64,000 bases of DNA from the NCBI GenBank assembly GCA_964517415.1, contig CAZFCA010000002.1, forward strand, positions 47,288 through 111,287, written 5' to 3'. This DNA comes from an uncultured Rhodospirillaceae bacterium (GTDB lineage Bacteria; Pseudomonadota; Alphaproteobacteria; UBA9219). The stretch's first letter is position 1; each line of letters begins with the position of its first letter. Shown here piece by piece: positions 9,491-16,970 of this stretch. The notes beneath the pieces are model-generated. The model saw nothing but the letters and a program-made list of their open reading frames with translations, had not been told where the DNA came from and made no database searches. The translations under genes were made by a program, and so were the position numbers.

Positions 9491-10828
9491 ATGACAGAGC
9501 CTCAACCTTCTTTGGGCGCAGCGGCGCCGCGCCCCTCCGGCGGGAAAGAGTCCGGTCTTCCTGTTTCTTCCTTCCCCTTCGTTATCGGGTTAGGCGGCGT
9601 CGCCGCTTTATTGATCGCTCTTTTCGTTATTCGAAGCGTTCCGTATCTGAACCTTTTCTTCCAACCGGCGCAGTTGGCTCTGGCCGTGATGATCGTCGCG
9701 GCGCTAGGCGTTTTTCTTCCCGAGTTTTTTCTAAGGAAAGCGTATCTGCGCCGCGGGACCGGCGTTTGGAAGGAGGCTTCGCCTTCATGGGAAAGGACCA
9801 TGACGAAAGCCGCAGGTTTGGCAGGCAGTCTTTTGGTTATCGGTTTTTTGTATTGGCTGTTTCCGGAATACGAGGCGCCTTTTTATAAACCCTATTTTAA
9901 AATGCTTTTGACGATTTTGCCTGTCTGGATTCTGCTTGCCGTTCCGTATATCTGGTTTGTCGACGCGCGGATGGCGAAGCCGGAAGACTCTTTATGGCAT
10001 ACCGGGCGTCTTTTTATGGGGGCGCGGAAAGACGCCGATTTGCGCCGCGTTTCCCAGTATTTGTTGGGATGGGTTTTGCGCGCTTTTTTCCTGCCGTTGA
10101 TCTTTTGTTACTTATGCCAAGGCATGACGAAATTTCTAACGGCGAATTTTGCCGAGATGTACGGATTTCGATCCTTTTACGCTTTTTTCTACGACCTGTT
10201 TTTTTTGATTGATGCTTGTTTATGCGCGGGCGGCTATCTTTTTGCGATGAGGCTGACGAACACGCATATTCGCTCGGTTGACAAGACTTTTTTGGGCTGG
10301 GGCGTGACACTTCTTTGCTTCGAGCCTTTTTGGACTCTGATCAACGGACGGTATCTGGCCTATCAGTCAGATTATTTATGGGGGAACTGGTTGCGTTCTT
10401 CGCCTGCGCTTCACACGCTTTGGGGGCTTTTGATACTGGCTTTGATGCTGGTTTATTTGTCCTCGACCGCCGCGTTTGGCATGCGATACTCTAATTTAAC
10501 GCACCGCGGCATATTGACGGGGGGGCCTTATCGGTGGAGCAAACACCCGGCCTATATATCCCAAAATATTTGTTGGTGGCTGATCTCTATTCCCTTCATT
10601 GTTCACGGCAGCGTTTTAGAGAGCCTGCGCCAGTCCGTTCTGCTTTTGGGCGTGAACGCTCTTTATTACTGGCGGGCCAAGACCGAAGAACGGCACCTTT
10701 CGCACGACCCCGTTTACGCGCAGTATGCGGCTTGGATCGACAAAAACGGCTTTTTGGCCTTGTGTCGCCGTTTTTTAGCAGGGGCTTTAAAGCCTGCTTC
10801 CGAGGCTAGTAGAAATGTAAAGCCTTGA
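9491..10828 (+). CDS. polytopic membrane protein with a C-terminal ICMT/PEMT-like methyltransferase domain
   Basis: 445 aa with about 10 predicted TM helices. The C-terminal region RWSKHPAYISQN...WRAKTEERHL matches the isoprenylcysteine carboxyl / phospholipid methyltransferase family signature (RHPxY...EE..L). Confidence 0.6.
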   Translation: MTEPQPSLGAAAPRPSGGKESGLPVSSFPFVIGLGGVAALLIALFVIRSVPYLNLFFQPAQLALAVMIVAALGVFLPEFFLRKAYLRRGTGVWKEASPSWERTMTKAAGLAGSLLVIGFLYWLFPEYEAPFYKPYFKMLLTILPVWILLAVPYIWFVDARMAKPEDSLWHTGRLFMGARKDADLRRVSQYLLGWVLRAFFLPLIFCYLCQGMTKFLTANFAEMYGFRSFYAFFYDLFFLIDACLCAGGYLFAMRLTNTHIRSVDKTFLGWGVTLLCFEPFWTLINGRYLAYQSDYLWGNWLRSSPALHTLWGLLILALMLVYLSSTAAFGMRYSNLTHRGILTGGPYRWSKHPAYISQNICWWLISIPFIVHGSVLESLRQSVLLLGVNALYYWRAKTEERHLSHDPVYAQYAAWIDKNGFLALCRRFLAGALKPASEASRNVKP

Positions 10829-10964
10829 TTATATAGGCGGATTACCAAAATTACCGCTTTGATTGAAAATTAACCTATATTGTGTTAATATGACGAAGCG
10901 TGATGGGGTAATATAGTTATATTGTGATTTTTTGTTGCCTTTTATTTATGGCTGTTGAGCGTTT

Positions 10965-11264
10965 TTGGAGAAGGATTTTTTAATGTCTAGTGCGCTTGAG
11001 ATAATTGGCTCATCTTCTATTGGAAGAACACCGAGCTCGCCTGCGCCAACTGCGCCACAGAAGGGTGCGCCTTCTGCTCCGGCAGCGTCTGTTTCCAGAA
11101 CCGTAAATATCGTTCAGGACCCCTCCGTGGGCTTTATCACCGAATATCTGAGCGCGCATAGCGGCGAGATTATCAGGCAGATCCCCTCGGCAAAGACGGT
11201 CGCATATCTGCGGCAGGGGTTATCGCCCGAAGGCTTGCCCAGCAAGGAATCCGTGATTGTCTAG
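10965..11264 (+). CDS. flaG: flagellar protein FlaG family
   Basis: About 95-99 aa. The C-terminal motif GEIIRQIPSAKTVAYL matches the FlaG signature (EVIRxIPP). An AT-rich upstream region and a strong downstream terminator flank it. Confidence 0.6.
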   Translation: MEKDFLMSSALEIIGSSSIGRTPSSPAPTAPQKGAPSAPAASVSRTVNIVQDPSVGFITEYLSAHSGEIIRQIPSAKTVAYLRQGLSPEGLPSKESVIV

Positions 11265-11281
11265 AGTTCCGCCGGTTTTCT

Positions 11282-11307
11282 CAAAGCGCCCGGATGGGCG
11301 CTTTTTT
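11282..11307 (+). terminator. rho-independent terminator downstream of flaG
   Basis: The stem AAAGCGCCC / GGGCGCTTT surrounds a GGAT loop and is followed by a T7 run. The minus-strand gene 11307-12050 ends at its edge. Confidence 0.7.
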
Positions 11308-12050
11308 TATTGAGCGGTCGGCGCTGGCGTTTGCCAAACGTTTGAGGTTTGTTCGTCGGACATGTAGCCAAGCTGTTTTGATAAGCCGAGCGAATGAATG
11401 GCGTTCTGAAGAGCCTTAAGCGTTTCCCTGTCGCTTTGAAGCGCGTCCAGCTGCTGCTTTTTATAAAGATCTAATGCCTCGCAGGCGGCGGCGACTTCTG
11501 GTGTTTTATCCGCAACATTTTTTTTCTGCGCAAGCCTTTTTCTTTGTTCCTCGTGGCCGCGTGTTCTGGCCGATTCGGAATCGGTATGGGAGGCTGGCGC
11601 GAAGCCTTGCGAGGGAAGAAAGGACATGCGCACGTTAAGGGGATTTTCTTCTTCGTTCTCTTCCTTTTTTGGAGTCATTTTTAGTGAGCTGGGAGACGCC
11701 CAGTTTTTATCGGGCAGTAGAAAATCAGGCGAGGTAGATTTTTTTGCGGAGGGAAGCGGTATTTTTTGCCTCTGTTCCGTAGACTCGATTTTAATGTCAA
11801 AGCCTTTATCAAGCCCGGGCATGGCCGGCGTTAGAAAAAGGGAAACAGCGGGGGGCGGGGGAGCGGATTCCTCGGCGGGAACATCGGGATCGGGTGCGGC
11901 CGCCTTTTTCTGGTCGGGAAACTTCGGCGCGCTATCTTTGGGGGTTTGTTTGTAATTTTCGAAAGCGGTCCAGTTTCCGGAATCGATGTCAAAAGGGTTT
12001 TCCGCCCATGACGGGAAAGCTATGGCTAGGCCAAGCATAAATGCCGCCAT
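11307..12050 (-). CDS. secreted proline-rich, low-complexity protein
   Basis: The start was re-derived to the ATG at 12050, because the track ORF starts at TTG. The signal peptide is MAAFMLGLAIAFPSWA. Pro/Lys/Glu-rich disordered segments follow. The C-terminus has coiled-coil character. I recognised no homology. Confidence 0.4.
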   Translation of the reverse strand: MAAFMLGLAIAFPSWAENPFDIDSGNWTAFENYKQTPKDSAPKFPDQKKAAAPDPDVPAEESAPPPPAVSLFLTPAMPGLDKGFDIKIESTEQRQKIPLPSAKKSTSPDFLLPDKNWASPSSLKMTPKKEENEEENPLNVRMSFLPSQGFAPASHTDSESARTRGHEEQRKRLAQKKNVADKTPEVAAACEALDLYKKQQLDALQSDRETLKALQNAIHSLGLSKQLGYMSDEQTSNVWQTPAPTAQ

Positions 12051-12270
12051 ATAGGGGCTACGCCGCGAAAACCGTCTAAGGCTTGTGGGAGACAAGGGTT
12101 ACTCTTGTTGTTGGCCGTTAATCCATCGTCCTGCCGCCTGTATAAGTCTAAAGCAATAACACTAATAATATCTGAATACTAAAAGGGGGACTAATAATTG
12201 CGCGACAGGGGCGACAATTAAACTGCCGAAAGGCCTTCAATCGGAACCTTATCTGTGCTTCACTCTCCGC

Positions 12271-12681
12271 ATGACAGATAAGGACGCGAAATATTCCGAT
12301 CTCAACGCTTTGGCAATCGAGGCGTGCAATATGTGGCAGGATCAATTATCCGCCTATTCAAAAGATCCTGCCATGCGGGCGGAATTGGCCCGCTTTCTTG
12401 AGCCGCAACGCCGACTATTTGCCGATTGGGCCGCGATGATGCGGCAAGGAGGCAGGGATGAGACACGCTCTTCTGAAACAGGACCAACAAACGCCGCCGC
12501 CCCCAACGCCGCGAGTGAGCCCGCCGCTGCGCCCGCCCCATCGAACGGTGCCGACGCATCGGCATCGGGCGTCTCTGCACATGACGACGACCCTTTCCGC
12601 ATTGCTCAGCTTGCCCTCCGTGTGGCCGAGCTTGAAAAACGCGTCGCAAAGCTCGAATCCCTCGCTCGCGCGGCTGGCTGA
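12271..12681 (+). CDS. small coiled-coil protein, possibly a PhaR (class IV PHA synthase partner)-like protein
   Basis: 136 aa. An Ala/Pro-rich disordered middle separates the N-terminus from a C-terminal heptad coiled coil (FRIAQLALRVAELEKRVAKLESLARAAG). It sits immediately upstream of the PhaC-like gene. Confidence 0.4.
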   Translation: MTDKDAKYSDLNALAIEACNMWQDQLSAYSKDPAMRAELARFLEPQRRLFADWAAMMRQGGRDETRSSETGPTNAAAPNAASEPAAAPAPSNGADASASGVSAHDDDPFRIAQLALRVAELEKRVAKLESLARAAG

Positions 12682-12727
12682 ATTAAGCGGGATTTACCCT
12701 GATCTGGCTTCTTTAGTGACGGGCGAA

Positions 12728-13726
12728 ATGGTTTTGCGCGCTCGCCATTTCATGAACGGCGTTCAGCTATACCTTGCGCATCCGGTTCGTCGCGGCCCTG
12801 AGGAGGCGCCTGTAATTTGGCGGGCGGGTTCGACCACGCTGCGTGATTTTGCGCCGCGCGCATTCGGCGCGCCCCCAGTTCTTATCCTTCCGCCGCTTTG
12901 CAGCCGATTCACCATTATGGATTTGCAGGGGCATCATTCTTTTGTTCGGTATTTGACAGAAGCGGGATTGCGGCCGCTGGTGGTTGATTGGGGCGCGCCG
13001 CAGGACGACGAGGTTTTTTTTACGCTTGACGATTACATGTCCAAGAGGCTCATCCCCGTTTTGCAAATCGTGTCGGTTGCGCAGCCCGCCCATGTCTTGG
13101 GCTATTCCTTCGGCGGCGTTTTGGCCGTTGCCTTGGCTTGCCTTTTTCCCGAGCGGGTGCGGAGCTTGGCCTTACTGGCGACGCCGTGGGATTTTCATGA
13201 CGGATACGAAGCGTTGGGGCAAGACGGCCAAAGCGTGGCGGATAGACTTGCCCCTTGGCTGGCGGAAAACGGCCTTCTTTCCGTTGAGGTCATGCAAAGC
13301 CTGAACACAGCGTTGCAGCCCTTGCATGCCTTTCGAAGGTTTTCTTCGTTCGCGTTTATGGATCAGGAAAGCGACGAAGCCGCGCGGTTCGTGCTGACTG
13401 AAGATTGGCTGAATGACGGCGTTCCTTTGACGATCCCCGTGGCTCGGGAATATTTCCGAGAATTCTCCGGACGCAATGCCCTCGCGAAAAACAAATGGCG
13501 GGTAGGCGGAAAAACAATAGATCCGGTCGGCATTTCCGTCCCTTGTTATGCTGTCGTTCCCGGGAAGGATTCCCTTATCCCGCCGCAATCGGCCATGCCG
13601 CTCGCGCAAAGGCTGCCGCGCGCGCTCCGGCACGAGCCCATGATGGGGACTATTGGCCTTATGGCAAGCCCTTACGCGCTTTATCAGGTTTGGAAGCCGC
13701 TAAGCGGTTGGATGACGGTGCATTGA
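12728..13726 (+). CDS. PhaC-like alpha/beta hydrolase (class III/IV PHA synthase homolog) with Ser in the nucleophile elbow
   Basis: It aligns with class III PhaC at VVDWGAPQDDEVFFTLDDY, VRSLALLATPWDF and the conserved Asp in KDSLIPP. The lipase box is GYSFGG rather than GxCxGG. The start was re-derived to the ATG at 12728. The track start at 12458 overlaps the upstream gene in a different frame and codes a Pro-rich, low-complexity peptide. Confidence 0.6.
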   Translation: MVLRARHFMNGVQLYLAHPVRRGPEEAPVIWRAGSTTLRDFAPRAFGAPPVLILPPLCSRFTIMDLQGHHSFVRYLTEAGLRPLVVDWGAPQDDEVFFTLDDYMSKRLIPVLQIVSVAQPAHVLGYSFGGVLAVALACLFPERVRSLALLATPWDFHDGYEALGQDGQSVADRLAPWLAENGLLSVEVMQSLNTALQPLHAFRRFSSFAFMDQESDEAARFVLTEDWLNDGVPLTIPVAREYFREFSGRNALAKNKWRVGGKTIDPVGISVPCYAVVPGKDSLIPPQSAMPLAQRLPRALRHEPMMGTIGLMASPYALYQVWKPLSGWMTVH

Positions 13727-14479
13727 TTATTTTATAACGCAAGAAACCCCTGCCGCGTCGATGATCTTATAGGCGGGAGGGTTATGGCCGTCGCCAAGGC
13801 ATTGGATCGCGAACGTGTCGGGCGCGAACGGCGCGGGCATCGAGACGGTTAAGACCTCCCCCAGCTTTGCGCCGCCTTTCACCGGTATCGCCGCGTTGCA
13901 CAGCGTCAAAGAGGCGTCCGCGCAAGGGAAAAGATTGCAGGAAACCTGAGAGGCGGATTCCAGCTGATAGACGGCTTGACCATTTTGATAAACGCATTTT
14001 TCGCGAAACGAAACATTGTGTGGAATCGATTGATCGGCAAAAAGGGAATCGGGAACCGGAACGTCCATAGCGTCGCCAAGATAGGCTCCGGCCGGAACCT
14101 TAAGTTTATAGCCGCACAGCGTTTCGCTTGATTCCGCGCATTGCAGGATTTGGCAGTTGACGTTCGATGTGTTGATAAAAAGGCGCGGCGTCGTTCCATC
14201 GCTTGGCTGCGCGCATTCGAGGATGACGGGGTCCGGCACATAAGGGGGCGGCATGGGAATGGTCGCCCTTGGAGACGAATAAAGCGTCATCGGAATGGAA
14301 AGGCGAAGATTCTTTTTGCATACATAAGCGGTAAAATCGGGCAGGGTGCACGCGGAAAGCGAGAAAAACTGCACGGGCTTGCCGGTGACAATGACGGGCG
14401 GCGTGGCGGCTGAGGCGGCTGCGGAAAGGCAGAGAGAAAGAAGCGCGAAGGCCGATTTTATCTTGGTATTGAGGCGCAT
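13727..14479 (-). CDS. secreted cysteine-rich protein of unknown function
   Basis: 250 aa. It has a signal peptide (MRLNTKIKSAFALLSLCLSAAASA) and 16 Cys residues. Its start lies 3 bp after the ftsK stop, so it is probably co-transcribed with ftsK. Confidence 0.5.
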   Translation of the reverse strand: MRLNTKIKSAFALLSLCLSAAASAATPPVIVTGKPVQFFSLSACTLPDFTAYVCKKNLRLSIPMTLYSSPRATIPMPPPYVPDPVILECAQPSDGTTPRLFINTSNVNCQILQCAESSETLCGYKLKVPAGAYLGDAMDVPVPDSLFADQSIPHNVSFREKCVYQNGQAVYQLESASQVSCNLFPCADASLTLCNAAIPVKGGAKLGEVLTVSMPAPFAPDTFAIQCLGDGHNPPAYKIIDAAGVSCVIK

Positions 14480-14482
14480 GTG

Positions 14483-16861
14483 TTACTCCTCGTTCGGATT
14501 GCGGCCGTAGATCTCGCGCTTGCCCGTCGCGGAGGCGGGGCCGATCAAGCCTTCGCGCTCCATGCGTTCCACCAAATTGGCGGCTTTGTTATATCCTATC
14601 TGCAAGTGGCGCTGGATAAAGCTGGTCGACGCTTTGCGTTCGCGCAGCACGATATCCACGGCTTTGTCATAGAGATCGTCGCCCGATCCCTCGCTGCCGA
14701 AAAGGCCGCCGCTATCGCCGACGCCGCCGCTGCCGTCGTCTTCGGTGACTTCGTCAAGGTATTCGGGTTCTCCCTGAGCCTTCAGGAATTTGACGATCTG
14801 CTCGACCTCGGAATCCCGCACGAAAGGCCCATGCACACGAGTGATGCGTCCGCCCCCCGCCATGTAGAGCATATCGCCTTGTCCCAGCAGCTGCTCGGCG
14901 CCTTGATCGCCCAAAATCGTGCGGCTATCGATTTTCGACGTGACCTGGAAACTGATGCGCGTCGGGAAGTTGGCTTTAATCGTGCCTGTGATGACATCGA
15001 CAGACGGGCGTTGCGTCGCCATAAGGATGTGAATGCCCGCAGCGCGCGCCATTTGCGCCAGCCTTTGAATGGCCGCTTCGATTTCCTTGCCGGCGACCAT
15101 CATCAGATCGGCCATTTCGTCAACGATCACGACGATAAAGGGCAGTTCGGTCAGATCAAGCGGCTGTTCTTCGTAGATGGGCTTGCCCGTTTCGCGGTCG
15201 AATCCCGTTTGAACCGTGCGCATCAGGTTTTCGCCCTTCTTGGCGGCTTCGCGCAGACGCATGTTGTAACCGTCGATATTGCGCACGCCCAGCTTTGACA
15301 TGGCGCGATAGCGTTCTTCCATCTCCCTCACTGTCCAGCGCAAAGCCATGATGGCTTTCTTCGGTTCCGTGACGACGGGGGAAAGCAAGTGGGGAATGCC
15401 TTCGTAAACGGAAAGCTCCAGCATTTTTGGGTCGATCATGATGAAGCGGCACTTTTGCGGCGATAGGCGGTACAAAAGCGACAATATCATGGTGTTGATG
15501 GCGACGGATTTGCCCGAACCCGTCGTTCCTGCGATGAGCAAGTGAGGCATTCTTGTCAGGTCGACAATAACCGGATTTCCGGCGATGTCCTTGCCAAGGA
15601 CAAGCGGCAGAGCGGCCTTAGTCGAGTGATAGGCGTCGGTGCTGAACAATTCCCGCAAATAAACGATTTCGCGGCGCATGTTCGGCATTTCGATGCCGAT
15701 GACGTTGCGCCCGGGCACGACGGCGACGCGCACCGAAACCGCGCTCATATTGCGGGCGATGTCGTCGGCAAGCGAGATGACCCTTGCCGCGCGGGTGCCC
15801 GGGGATGGCTCCAGTTCGTAAAGCGTCACGACCGGTCCCGGGCTAACTTTTAAAATCTGGCCGTTTACGCCGAAGTCGTCCAGCACGGCTTCGAGCATCT
15901 TGGCGTTTTTCTCAAGGGCTTCCTCGGAAACTGTGGACTGCTGTTTCGCTTCTTCAGGCCATTGCAGGAAGTTTATGGAAGGCAGAGGCCAGTCGCTGTC
16001 TCCGCTGAACGCGAGGCGGGATTGCCTTGCGGTCGCCGCCGCGCGTTTAATAAGCGGAGCCTTGACGGCTTTACTTTTCGTTCGCGGGGATTTCGGTTGT
16101 TTCTCTTCGCTTTCGTCTTCGTCTTCTTCGGGCTCTTTTTCTTCGGCGATTTCGTCGTCTTCGTCTTCGAAAATGTTTTCGCGCCGGCGGAAGGCGTTCC
16201 AGACACCGAGGAAAGAGTCTTTCAGGGCAGACAGAAGTTTAGGCAAGGGGGCGCGGAAGGACTTCGCAAGGGAATGCCATTCGTCCATCGTTAGCGCGCA
16301 AGAAAGATACACGCCCATGACGGCGGTAAGGGCAAACAAAAGCGCAATGAGGCCCATGCCCAAAGGCGCCGGCAAAAGCGATGCTAAAGAGCCGCCGATA
16401 ATTCTGCCGACGGCGCCGTCCAAGGGCGCACGGTCGATGGGCAGCGGCAGCCTTAGCGCGCCTAAGGCTATGCTGAGCGACGCCATGGCGCCAAGCGCGG
16501 CGACAGAGCGCCAAAGGCGCATTTCGACGCCTTTATGCGCGGCGATGCGCCAGCCCCAGGCGGCAATAACGAACGGCAAGATGAAGCAGCTGATCCCGAA
16601 AAATTGCCATAGAATATCCGCGCCGCCTGCGCCCCAAGGCCCGCCCCAATTTGCAATTGTGGGGGCGAAAAAACCGGCAAACGACGTATTCAAGGACAGG
16701 TCGCGGGGCGAATAGGAAAAAAGAGCCAAGGAGAGGGCGAGCGCGAAAATAATGATAAAGATTCCCCAGATAAGGCGCACAAGGCGCGCCAGTCCTTCGT
16801 AAAGAGACTCGGGAAGCAAGGCCGAGGATTTTCGGCGGGAGCGAATAAGAGGACGAGCCAT
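14483..16861 (-). CDS. ftsK: DNA translocase FtsK
   Basis: 792 aa. N-terminal TM helices are followed by an acidic Glu/Asp linker. The FtsK/SpoIIIE ATPase has the Walker A motif GTTGSGKSV. A gamma winged-helix lies at the C-terminus. Confidence 0.95.
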   Translation of the reverse strand: MARPLIRSRRKSSALLPESLYEGLARLVRLIWGIFIIIFALALSLALFSYSPRDLSLNTSFAGFFAPTIANWGGPWGAGGADILWQFFGISCFILPFVIAAWGWRIAAHKGVEMRLWRSVAALGAMASLSIALGALRLPLPIDRAPLDGAVGRIIGGSLASLLPAPLGMGLIALLFALTAVMGVYLSCALTMDEWHSLAKSFRAPLPKLLSALKDSFLGVWNAFRRRENIFEDEDDEIAEEKEPEEDEDESEEKQPKSPRTKSKAVKAPLIKRAAATARQSRLAFSGDSDWPLPSINFLQWPEEAKQQSTVSEEALEKNAKMLEAVLDDFGVNGQILKVSPGPVVTLYELEPSPGTRAARVISLADDIARNMSAVSVRVAVVPGRNVIGIEMPNMRREIVYLRELFSTDAYHSTKAALPLVLGKDIAGNPVIVDLTRMPHLLIAGTTGSGKSVAINTMILSLLYRLSPQKCRFIMIDPKMLELSVYEGIPHLLSPVVTEPKKAIMALRWTVREMEERYRAMSKLGVRNIDGYNMRLREAAKKGENLMRTVQTGFDRETGKPIYEEQPLDLTELPFIVVIVDEMADLMMVAGKEIEAAIQRLAQMARAAGIHILMATQRPSVDVITGTIKANFPTRISFQVTSKIDSRTILGDQGAEQLLGQGDMLYMAGGGRITRVHGPFVRDSEVEQIVKFLKAQGEPEYLDEVTEDDGSGGVGDSGGLFGSEGSGDDLYDKAVDIVLRERKASTSFIQRHLQIGYNKAANLVERMEREGLIGPASATGKREIYGRNPNEE

Positions 16862-16970
16862 TCAAAAAGACAGGCTTGAGAAGCAGTTGAGAATCACCAA
16901 TCAGGACTTTACCGAACAAGATCAAAAAGGGGTAGGGGCTATTGCTTGAGACTTTTTGCTCTTGGCTTCC

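Noticed and set aside
12458-12727. The track proposes a 5' extension of the PhaC-like ORF that overlaps the upstream 136-aa gene.
   Set aside because: The extension is in a different frame from the upstream gene and encodes a Pro/Thr-rich low-complexity peptide. Homology to PhaC begins after the ATG at 12728.
14480-15298. A 272-aa plus-strand ORF and others lie antisense to ftsK.
   Set aside because: It sits inside the ftsK coding region on the opposite strand. The sequence is Ala/Arg-rich and low-complexity, and is considered spurious.
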